A program made the position numbers and the translations under genes. From an uncultured Spirochaetota bacterium (GTDB taxonomy: Bacteria > Spirochaetota > Brevinematia > Brevinematales > JAOACQ01), in the NCBI GenBank assembly GCA_963835575.1, contig CAWIGG010000002.1:704001-768000 (forward strand): a DNA stretch of 64,000 nucleotides. Reading direction: 5' to 3'. Under the pieces are notes generated by a model, which was not told the DNA's origin, did no database searches, and saw only the letters and a program-made list of their open reading frames with translations. Shown piece after piece: positions 42,352 to 52,800 of this stretch (within the stretch, counting starts at the first letter, position 1; each line of letters begins with the position of its first letter).

Positions 42352-42816
42352 ATGGAAGAAAAAATTATCGATTTTCTTCGAAATCCGAAAATCTTCAGCG
42401 ATTTGAAGCCCGAAGAGCTCGAAAGGATAGCGAATACCATGGTGATCAAAAGTTACAATGAAAACGACCAGATTTTTCAGGAAGGAGAGCTGGGGAATGA
42501 ATTTTATGTCATCCTTTCCGGGAGCGTGTGGGTCCGTAAAAAGGACAGCGCGGGGAATGAACATCAGCTGACAGTCATTAATACCGGCGAAGGCTTCGGA
42601 GAGATGGCGCTTGTTGATGAGCTTCCACGGTCCGCCGGTGTAAAAGCACTGGAAAAAACAAGGGTGGCGGTCCTGTCGAGGGATGCATTTATGAAAATGA
42701 AGTCAGAAAATATCGCGGTATACTGCCATATCCTGGAAAATATTGTCAGAGAATTCAGCACCCGGCTCCGCAGTATGGACCTCAAATATGTCAAGGTCAT
42801 GAATTTCCTTTTCTGA
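42352..42816 (+). CDS. Cyclic nucleotide-binding domain protein
   Basis: FQEGE.G..FYVILSG, FGEMAL...PRSA. Confidence 0.9.
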   Translation: MEEKIIDFLRNPKIFSDLKPEELERIANTMVIKSYNENDQIFQEGELGNEFYVILSGSVWVRKKDSAGNEHQLTVINTGEGFGEMALVDELPRSAGVKALEKTRVAVLSRDAFMKMKSENIAVYCHILENIVREFSTRLRSMDLKYVKVMNFLF

Positions 42817-42832
42817 TTGAATATCAATTTTC

Positions 42833-43438
42833 ACCACGAAGACACGAAGAACACGAAGATCACAAAGAACAATGCAATAAAAGTATATTTGATTATTTAA
42901 GCTTTGAGTATTGTGTTTAAGCAATATTTATTGATAATAAGAGAAAAAGCGGAAATAAATATGGAAACAAATCAATTTATAGACGGGATAGAAAAGATGG
43001 CTAAGGATATTGTCGATTGCGCTTATAAAGTACATTACAGTTTAGGACCGGGCTGTATATGAAGAATGCATGTCATATGAATTAAATAAGAAAAATATCC
43101 CTTATAAAAAGCAATGCAGTGTTCCCATTAATTATGAAGGGGTCAGACTGGCGACTGAACTGAGGCTTGATTTTCTTGTTGATGATAAAATAATTGTGGA
43201 ATTAAAAGCCGTGGAGCAGATGAATAAAATATATGAATCACAGCTCTTAACCTATTTGAAATTAACCGGGAAAAGACTTGGGTTTTTAATTAATTTCAAT
43301 GTTAGTAAAATTAAAGACGGTATTAAGAGAATGGTTTTATAAATATTCAAAAATTATTTAAAAAATAAATAATCCCCAGTTAGTGATTCTTGGTGCCCGG
43401 AGCTTGTCCTGAGCGCAGCGAAGGATGTCTTTGTGTTT
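42833..43438. mobile_element. Putative GxxExxY-carrying element bounded by tandem-unit inverted arms
   Basis: Left arm ACCACGAAG ACACGAAG AACACGAAG ATCACAAAG; right arm GTTAGTGATTCTTGGTG..TCTTTGTGTTT; same arms without a gene at 55300-55401. Confidence 0.55.
42961..43342 (+). pseudogene. GxxExxY protein (PD-(D/E)XK-like), frameshifted
   Basis: IVDCAYKVHYSLGPG, then frameshift at 43054, then VYEECMSYEL...RLDFLVDDKIIVELKA...QLLTYLK...GFLINF; the LLES motif residues are missing (about 11-nt deletion). Confidence 0.88.
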
Positions 43439-43472
43439 AAGAAAAAGAATGTAAAATAAATAAAGAGAGTAA

Positions 43473-44588
43473 ATGTTTATGCAAGCTGAAACCAATAAGA
43501 GAATACCCTTTGATACAATGGAAAAATTTATGGTCGATGTATTTATCTGCGCCGGCGTGCCTGAAGAGGACGCGAAGGTCTGCGCCGATGTGCTCATCAC
43601 TTCCGACAAAAGAGGGATCGATTCGCATGGAATAGGCCGGCTCAAGCCTATCTATATTGACAGGATCCGCACCGGGCAGATCAACCCCAGAACAAAAATC
43701 GACGTGATTAAAGATGGGCCTACCACGGCGGTATTTGACGGCAATAACGGCATGGGCCAGGTGATAGGCAGGCATGCCATGCAGACGGCGATCGATAAGG
43801 CGAAGAAATACGGAATGGGTATGACAACGGTCAGGAACTCCAATCATTACGGTATTGCCGGCTATTACGCGCTGATGGCTGTGGAAAACGGCATGATCGG
43901 TATAACCGGCACGAACGCGCGCCCGTCCATCGCGCCGACATTCGGCGTTGAGAATATGCTGGGAACAAACCCGCTGACATTCGGAATGCCCACCGACGAG
44001 GAATTCCCTTTTGTGCTTGACTGCGCCACGTCCATCACCCAGCGCGGAAAGATCGAGGTCTATGCCAGGCAGGGAAAAAAACTGCCGGAAGGATGGGTGA
44101 TCGGGATTGACGGACAGGCAAAAACAGACGCCATCAGCGTTCTGGGCGAGCTGGTGGAAGGCTCCGCGGCGCTGACGCCTCTGGGCGGCATCGGCGAGGA
44201 AACGGCGGGCTACAAAGGCTACGGCTACGCCGCGGTTGTCGAAATCCTCTCCTCGGCGCTCCAGGGCGGGGCATTCCTTAAAGGGCTGCTCGGTTTTGAG
44301 GGAGGCAGCATAGTGCCCTACCGGCTCGGGCATTTCTTTATGGCCGTCGATATCAGCTCTTTTACCGAACCGGACAGCTTCAAAAAAACAACGGGAACTA
44401 TCCTCAGGGCCCTCCGCGCCTCGGAAAAAATGCCGGGCAGGGAACGGATTTATACTGCCGGTGAGAAGGAATACATGGCCTGGCTGGACAGAAAGGACAG
44501 CGGCGTGCCCATCGATGAAGTCCTGAAGGAAGAGATCCTGGAACTGCAGAAGGAATTCGGGCTGGAGCGGTATAAGTTCGAGTTTTAA
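43473..44588 (+). CDS. Ldh_2 family (type 2 malate/L-lactate dehydrogenase-like) oxidoreductase
   Basis: GIDSHG, SNHYG, GTNP, LDCATS, GYKGYG. Confidence 0.92.
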   Translation: MFMQAETNKRIPFDTMEKFMVDVFICAGVPEEDAKVCADVLITSDKRGIDSHGIGRLKPIYIDRIRTGQINPRTKIDVIKDGPTTAVFDGNNGMGQVIGRHAMQTAIDKAKKYGMGMTTVRNSNHYGIAGYYALMAVENGMIGITGTNARPSIAPTFGVENMLGTNPLTFGMPTDEEFPFVLDCATSITQRGKIEVYARQGKKLPEGWVIGIDGQAKTDAISVLGELVEGSAALTPLGGIGEETAGYKGYGYAAVVEILSSALQGGAFLKGLLGFEGGSIVPYRLGHFFMAVDISSFTEPDSFKKTTGTILRALRASEKMPGRERIYTAGEKEYMAWLDRKDSGVPIDEVLKEEILELQKEFGLERYKFEF

Positions 44589-44590
44589 AA

Positions 44591-44769
44591 TTGCCACAGA
44601 CACAGAAGTCACAGAGGACAGGGCGAGAATTTGGGTGTTTAAATGTTTGCCGCTTCTCAAAGTTTTAAATACAGACATTTATTAAAATAGAAAGTTTTGG
44701 AATAGCCACGGAGAACACAGAGGATAAAAATATAGAAAATTCTCCGTGCCCTCTGCGCCTCTGTGGCAA
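44591..44769. repeat. CACAGAG-type tandem-unit inverted-repeat element
   Basis: TTGCCACAGACACAGAAGTCACAGAG ... GCCACGGAGAACACAGAG ... CTCCGTGCCCTCTGCGCCTCTGTGGCAA. Confidence 0.7.
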
Positions 44770-44804
44770 ATATTAAAAGCTGACATGGCATTGAAATCAG
44801 GAAT

Positions 44805-46679
44805 TCAATAAAAGCGGATGCTTTCTATCTTCATTTCCCCTTTGCCCTGGCCGCCGGGAAGGAATATCTCGATGTTTTTTAAGGCCTGAAGGGCTATTGT
44901 CTTGTCGCCGATCTAGTTGCCCCACAAAAAACGCTGGACAAAGGAATCGAAATCGAACCTGTAGGTTTTTGATAAACCCGTTCCGAGCGCTTCTTCAGAC
45001 GAGAAGCTCTCGCCGTCCGCACCGTTTAAAACTTTATCGTAATCCTGGTCCGGAGCGTCAGCGAGAGCCTCGTTCAGGTTAATTGAAAAACGGACATTCG
45101 TTTCCAGGGTTATTATGATTTCGACCCCTTTATATCCTCCGGCGCTGAAAAACCCCTTTTCATAGTATTCCGGACTTTCTGGCGTCAGGGAAGCCGTCAA
45201 ACCCCAATCGTCGCCTGTTTTGTAATTGATTTGAAGAGATTTATTATCCTGGTCTGGCGGCAAAAGTCCGGAAGCGGCGGCGACGCACATAAAAGAGACA
45301 TTGGCTTTGACCCCGGAAGAAATATCCAGAAAGACCGGCGGCATTTTTATTCCGGATTCTCTATTAACGAGAATCCTGCCGTCAAGCGGGATGGCCGATT
45401 TTGGAAGTTCCTCTTTTGTATTCCTGCGGATTGCGACGGCATTCGTATTAATGCTGCGCATAACATCGCATAATTCCCTGTAAGGATTTCCGTCATGATC
45501 CACGATGCCGTAATTGGAATCCTCGCCGTCAAAGAAACGGCCTGAACTCGGTTCGTCAAAAAACTGGAACCAGTGATAGCCGATGATATAGGGAAGGTTT
45601 AAGAACAATTCCGCGTATTTCTTGAATCTTTCCGCCCTTTCCTTCTGCGTTTTTACGGTATTATTAACACCCTTTGCGTTCTTGAGGCCTGAGGAGTTTT
45701 CCGCAGCCCGGATCGCAAATTCGGTGATAAAGACAGGCCTTTGGGAATAATAGGCGAGGGCGTCCAGAAAACGGCGGTCGATCTGCGGATAGGGCTTATA
45801 ATAATTGACAGCTATGACGTCGCAATACTCGCCGGCAGCCTTCAGGACCTCTTCCGGCACGGAATTGGCATAGCGGTCTGAAAACAAAAGATGGTTGGGA
45901 TCGGCGCTCCGGACTACTTTTGAAGCCAGACCGTAAAAATGCCTTGCCGCTATGAATAAGAATCCGCTCCTGACTTCTTCCAGCGCTTTTTTCGGGATGA
46001 CCGCTTTTTTTATGTTGTACAGCGCCTCGAATGCCGGATAGGAAGTTCCCCAGGCCTTATTCAGGGCCTCGATGGTCCTGTATTTATCCCTTAGAAAAAA
46101 GACAAGGCGCTTCTTGCCGGGCGATGAGCCGTCCAGTTCCAGGTATTGATCGAAAAGAAAAGAGGAATGCCCCGTGTACCATGGATAATCCCCGTACCAG
46201 GGCAGGTCATTATCTATAAAATAACCCAGGAGCGACATGTCGCCGGCATGTCCGGCGCATTCGCCGCCCATCCGCTTTCTGATGACGGTGATATAAATTG
46301 GGTCAAAAATATCGACTAAAAGACGGCTTCCTCCGAGTTTTAGCTGCAGGGCGTAATAAAATGGGCCGTTCAGCCCGGGATACGACCAGCTTCCGGCGGT
46401 GTTGAAGCCGAGGTTTGAAAGAAAGGAGACAGTATTAGCGAGCCAGGCGTCAATGGCCCTGTTTTTCAGGCCGTTATAACCGGCTGATCCGAAAGGCGCC
46501 GAATCGTCAAAGGGCTTTATGGTATTGACCCCAAGCGACAGGAAAGGTTCGCCGCCGGTCCCGGCAAAAAAATATCTGCCATTTTGCAGAGAGACTGTCA
46601 CAAATTTCCCCCCGTTTGTCCCGGAATAGGCGGACGCGGTCAGAATAATTATGCCGATTAAAAACAAGGAATATCTCAT
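44805..46679 (-). CDS. Clan-A glycoside hydrolase (GH50/beta-agarase-like) with C-terminal CBM-like domain; in-frame TAG at 44913 truncates the last 35 aa
   Basis: Signal peptide; LGFNTAGSWS, GYFIDND, DPNHL, PVFITEF, GYHWFQ; frame continues after TAG (IGDKTIALQALK...IESIRFY*). Confidence 0.7.
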
Positions 46680-46845
46680 AATATTTCTCCTGATATATCG
46701 TTTTGAAAACTTATAATCCATCCATTGTGCGTCACCTGAATGTTTCCATGTCATTACTTGATAGCCGTTTTAAATTATGTTAGCATGATTTTCTTCAATT
46801 CACAATAAAACCGCAGAATATTTGCGGAAAGGAGGGCCCAGCCGG

Positions 46846-49800
46846 ATGCCCAATACGCTCATCATAGTCAAAACAGCCGTTCTGGGGTGCGCCGTCCTTG
46901 TCCTCATCATGCTCTACCGATTGTCCCGGCGTCCGGGCGGGCCGTTCAGAAAAACACTTATAGTACTATCGCTTTTCTTTTCGTCCGCATATATCCTCTG
47001 GAGGATTTTTTACACTTCGCCCTACAGAACGCCCGAGGATAATCCCGTCTTCCTGATTTTTTTCATTATTCTGCTCCTGATGGAATTTCTGGATTTCCTG
47101 AATGCCGTTGTCCTCAAGATGATCTCATGGAACCCATACGTCCCGCCAAAAATCCCGGACAATGACGAAGGGACGGTGCAGTCCGTCGATGTTTTGGTCC
47201 TGACATTCCATGAGGATATCGGGCTCCTGGAAAAAACAGCCGCCGCATGCCTCCGTTTGAAGTACGCGGGAGATTTTCTGAGAATTCATATCTGCGACGA
47301 CGCCGCCCGCCCCGAAGTGGAGGAACTGAGCCGCCGCCTGAATATCAATTATATAAAGAGGGATAGGCCCGACAACGCCAAGGCCGGGAATATCAATAAT
47401 GCCCTCGGGCAGACAAGCGGCGCGCTCGTGCTGGTCCTGGACGCCGACATGATCGTCCGGCAGGACTTTCTTGAGAAGACGGTCCCGTATTTTTTACGGC
47501 CGGAAACGGGGTTCGTCCAGGCCCCGCAGACATTCTACAACCCCGATCCTTTCCAGCACAACCTGCGCCTGGACCGGCGCGTTCCGAACGAGCAGGACCT
47601 CTTTATGCGGCATATCGAACCCTGCCGCGCCTCGGCCAACGCCGTCCTCCATGTCGGCACGAACGCCGTGTTCAGGAGGAGCGCATTGGAAAAAGCAGGC
47701 GGCGTACCATATGGAAGCGTCACGGAAGACCTGGCGCTGGGCCTTTTGGTCGAGTCTTTGGGTTATGAGGGCTTTACTATCGGCACGGGGAAAGACTGCA
47801 TAAAGGTTGTCAGCATTGAAACGAATGCTTTGAGCAATCTGACGGGCTTTACGGTTTCGAACGCCGCGGACGAGCCTTTCAATACAGGCGCAATCCGCGT
47901 TGATAACCATGGCCTCTCCTACAGCATGGCGCAGACCGGCGTCAAGGAAAACATCTTCAATAATTACAGTTATCCTTCGGGGTATGATCCGGGCCTTGTC
48001 CGTATTTCGGACTGGGACATCGGACTCTTTACTTACACAAATGGCGGGCTGACGAACGCGGCCTCGGGCCTCTTCGCGGCTGACATCTTTAACTCCTTTA
48101 ATCATGGTCTGACGCCGGAAGAACAGAACGGTAGCTTTACGGTCCTGGCGGACAACCCGTCGCAATTTGTCTACAGGACGTTCGAACAGGGCATGCCGTC
48201 GACAAACGGGGATATTTTCACGAACGTCTGGGACGGCGTGAACGAGAATACCGGCATGGTGATGCCTGACGGCGTGTATTACTCGAAAGTTTACTCGTTC
48301 GACGCCGCGTCCAACCAGTCGGCGCGGACCATCCCGTTCGAGATCGACAATACGCCGCCGTCTCTCGCCGTGACATATCCCGTAACGGATCAAACTGTTG
48401 GCGGGATGATCGACATCACCGGCTCGATCATCGATAAAAGGCTTGCGTATTACACGGCCGTCATATCGAACAACGGCGTAGGGTACGATGTTTCCTCGGG
48501 AACCGGCGTCGTTTCGAACGGCGTCATCGGCAGTTTCGATACCCTGGGCCTTGTAAATAACATCGAAAGCCGGCTGTATATCACCGCTGTGGACGGCGTA
48601 AGCAACAGCGCCTCAATCTGCGTTCCCTTTATAATCACTAACAGCGAGGACGTCGTCTTCAGGATCGTGAAGGTGGAGAACAGCGTCCTGAATTCGAAAG
48701 GCAGATTAAGAATAACGTATTATTATAAAGACGTTACGGTTTCCATTCAGGACGCAGGGATGCCGGTATTCCAGACAAATTATACAACAGAGGGAACGGA
48801 TGTCTTTGAGTTCACGCCGGCGGGAAAGACGGATGGAAATTATACTCTTGCATTCCAGGCCCTTGTGAATATACCCGGCAGAAATCCCGTTGTCCGGAAT
48901 GTTTCCTACGAAGTGGACAACACGCCCCCTGCTCTCGCGATGACCGGCTTAAGCGGCGGCGGCATTCTGCGCGGAGTGATCGGTTTTGACGGGAGCGTTA
49001 TAGATAAAAACCTCCTCAGCTATAGTCTCATATTGTCCAACAGTACGGGCGATGAAGAGAGCGTGATTGTTTCGGAAGGCATGACCGGAATTTCATCCGG
49101 GAGGATCGGGGTCTTTGACAGCGCCGGCATCAACGCGAACTCGCCCTTTGACGGGACAAACCAGTATGCCGTCATCCTGAGGGCTTATGATTCCGCCGGG
49201 AATACGAACGAGATCGTAAAAACCATATATATCGATAATGCGGAGCCGTTTGCCGACCTTACGGCCGGCAGGAAATACAGGCTTTCCGGCCTGAATGGAC
49301 CGGCGGCCCTGACCCTGACGGCTCAGGACGTGCACCTGGCCGGCGCTTCGCTTTACACAATGGACAGCGGCGGGATCTATCATAAAACGGTTGACTGGAG
49401 CGGTATCGTTTCCGGCGTCAACACCGTCACTTGGAACTGTTCGTCATTGTCGGGAACTGTTCCGGCGGCGCTTTATACCTATGACCTGGCGGGGAACACG
49501 AATACAAGGACTTACACATTTACAATTGATAATAAAGTTCCCGAGATCAGGAATCTGACTGCCTCTCAGGCCATGACCAGGCTTATCCTCTCCGCCGATC
49601 TCTGGGACAACGATCTTCTGGCGCGTTATGAAGTGGGCGTTCAGAGCGGTCCGGAATACCGCGTCTACGCATCGGAGGATATGGAAACGAACGAGAGATC
49701 AATCTCCGTTGACGAGGCCTTTGCGGACTTCGAAGCCTCCGCCGCGACGGTGTTCGTCAAGGTGTGGGATTTTGCCGGCAATGAAACGGTCACGAATTTT

Positions 49801-52800
49801 GATATCACTGCGGACAGCCTGCCGCCCGTGGCGGGAATAGAGACGCCTTCGGACAATACCGTAAGCGGCGGCGTCATGCATTTCAAGGGAACGCTGCTTG
49901 ACAACAATATGGCGCGCGCGGAGCTCCTGCTGGACGGTACAGTCATATACAGCGTCCTCTGCGGCGCTTTTTCCAATACAATTGAGTATGATCTTGATAC
50001 AAAGGGCCTGCCCGACGGGACGCACAGCCTCACATTGCGCGGTTATGACTATGCCGGAAATGTCGGCGCGGCCTTTGTCCGCTTTACATCGGACAATACG
50101 CCGCCGCTGATCAGCCTGCGCGCCCTCAGGAATGGAAGCGACGCTTCCATAGGCGCGTCCGCCGGCGCTCTCGATTTCTATCTCAATTACAGCGACGCGA
50201 ACCCCGCTTCCTATAAGCTGACGTTCATAAACGGCGGCATTCAGGAAACGGCGCTGGAAGGGACAGTGGAGAGTATCTACAGCGGCCGGTTTATCGGAAC
50301 GCTGGATACGGCAGTGCGGAACCTTAATGGAATATATCAATTTATGATTGAAGGCGTTGACCTTGCGGGGAACAGATCGACAAATTATCTTACTCTTGAC
50401 ATAGACAACTCGGCGCCTGTTCTTGCCTGGAACTCGCTGGATTCCGGCAGGGCTTTTGACAGCCCCGGTTTCCTCCCGAAGGTCAGGGGCATTGTCAGCG
50501 CGGGCTTTACGCTGACGGACGCTCACAGCGTTAATTATACCGCTTCATGCGGCGCTCTGACCTCTACAGGCACCGTTAACAGCGGCGCTGTCGTATGGCC
50601 TCTTGACACGGCTCTTATGGGCGAAGGATTGCAGAGTCTTGAAATAACGGCCGTCGACGCTACGGGCAACAGGAGCAGCTGGACAACCAATTTTATTGTG
50701 GACAGGACGGCCCCCGCGCTCAGCCTGACGGCAGGCCCTGAAATATACTCGCCGCTGGTACCGGACAATAAGCTGAATATCAATGTGACTGCGAATGAGA
50801 CGGTTAAATTACAGTCTGTAGAAATAGACGATGAAACAGGCCTGAAAGGGAAGCTGGATATAACCGGCGTTATACCGGCAGGCAGTTCGCTGTTTGCCTG
50901 GGACGGAAGGACCGCCGGCGCGGCATTGCCGGATGGAAATTACCGCATTAAGGTAACAGCCTCGGACGAAGCCGGAAATACCTCGGAAGCCTGTTCGGGA
51001 ACTATTTTCTATAGAAACGATAACAGGCCGCCTCTGGTGACGGTCCTGGAAACGAACAACGTCTTCTCGCCCGCGCTGAGGCCGTTCAGGATCAGGTATG
51101 AAGCCCTGAATGATTCAACCGACCTTTCTAATATAGTCATCAGTACGCTGACTGTCAGTTCGGCGGGAATGGATGTTTTCAGGATTGTTGCGACAAACCA
51201 GGAAGGTGTTATCGGATTGGAATGGAACGGCCTTAACTCAACAGGCAGGGCGCCCGATGGAAATTATGACGCGATTCTCAATGTCGCCGATGCCGCCGGG
51301 AACGCGGTACAGGTCCGCTTCGTTATCACTGTTGATTCTGTTCCGCCTGTTCTGGAGCAGTTGACGCTAAGCAGGGTGAAAATATCGAAGAATAATCCGT
51401 TGAAGAACCAGAGCGAGATTCATCTCGCGGTCAGCGATAAAAACTTGATTGAATCAATGATGTACAGTATCGACAGGTATGATATGAATATACTGGAAAC
51501 AACGAATGAGGTTGGTTTATCAAATTATATTCTTGACAGCGTATTTAAAGAAGAGGACAACGCTCTTTATACAATCAGCTTCTCTTTCATCGACTCCGCG
51601 TCCAACGAGTCGAAATTTACCACCAATATTGAGGTGGATAATAATCCGCCTGACTTCGGACTGGATATGAAAGGAAATTACTTTACGACGAATGACGGTT
51701 CTGAATTAAAGATTTTTGTCAATACGAATGTAACGGTCAGGCCCGTCATCGAATCGGCCGATACTGCCGCGATGTACTGGGGCCTTGTGCCGGAAGGAAC
51801 AGCCCCGGTCCTCGCTGAATGCACGACAAATGATGTCATGAAGCTTGAAGGAAAAGCGGACGGGAGATACATGTTTACAAGGGCGGCCGTGGATGATGTG
51901 GGCAACGGATTAACCAATTCATTGATATTTACCGTAGACGGAACTTCCCCGTTTGTTTCACTGAACTACCCGTCAAATCAAATTGGGATTGGCCTTCTGA
52001 CTAACGGCGGGAAGAAATATCTTTCTTTCAGCAACGAAATTATTGTTCAGGGGAGCGACAGCGGAAGCGGTCTGGCCGGATTATGGATCAGGGTTGAGAA
52101 CCTCTCGAACGGCTATTTTGATGAAATACCTCTGGAAGATCCTTCCAACAGCCTGAGCTTTGACAGCCTGGGGATTAACGAACCCGGTGATTATCTCATA
52201 ACGGCTGTTGCTTTCGATCATGTGACGAATATCGGCGTGACCTGGGATTATGTCAGCCTGCCTCTGCCCGACAGGACCCCGCCTGTCAGCGCCCTTGCCA
52301 TAAGCGGAAGCTATAACGTTATCAACGGCGATGTTTACGCCAGTTCCAACACGACGTTTATCATCACAGCCGCGGATAATCCAGGCCTGAATGACGGCTG
52401 CGCTTCAGGAGTCAACAGGACCGAGATATCCATAAACGGCGGAGACTGGCAGACCTACAGCGTTCCAGTAATATTTACAATGAGCGGAACATATGTCATG
52501 GAATACAGGTCTGTGGATAACGCCGGCAATATTGAAGAAGCTAAAACGGTCAGGGTTATTGTTCAGAATAGCGTAACGGCGGTATCAGGCCTCCGCAGCC
52601 TGGTGCTTGACAGGACAAATATCATCTATCAGTGGAATATCACAAACAATATTGCGCCGGAAAACTTTGAGTTAACGGCCCTCGGCACCAACTTTACAAC
52701 AACGAACAGCTATTTTATATTGACTAACATTGCTCTTGCCCTGACCAATATGCCTCTCTTTGTCGAGGCAAAAGTGAGGGCTGTCAATCAGGCCGGGCTC

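Noticed and set aside
43437..44678. 413-aa minus-strand ORF
   Set aside because: Antisense shadow of the Ldh_2 gene with no motifs; the same applies to most short overlapping ORFs in the track
44913..44915. Amber recoding or pyrrolysine readthrough
   Set aside because: TAG is the normal terminator of purB, nifU and the PorV-like gene, and no pyl genes are seen; a nonsense mutation or sequencing error is simpler
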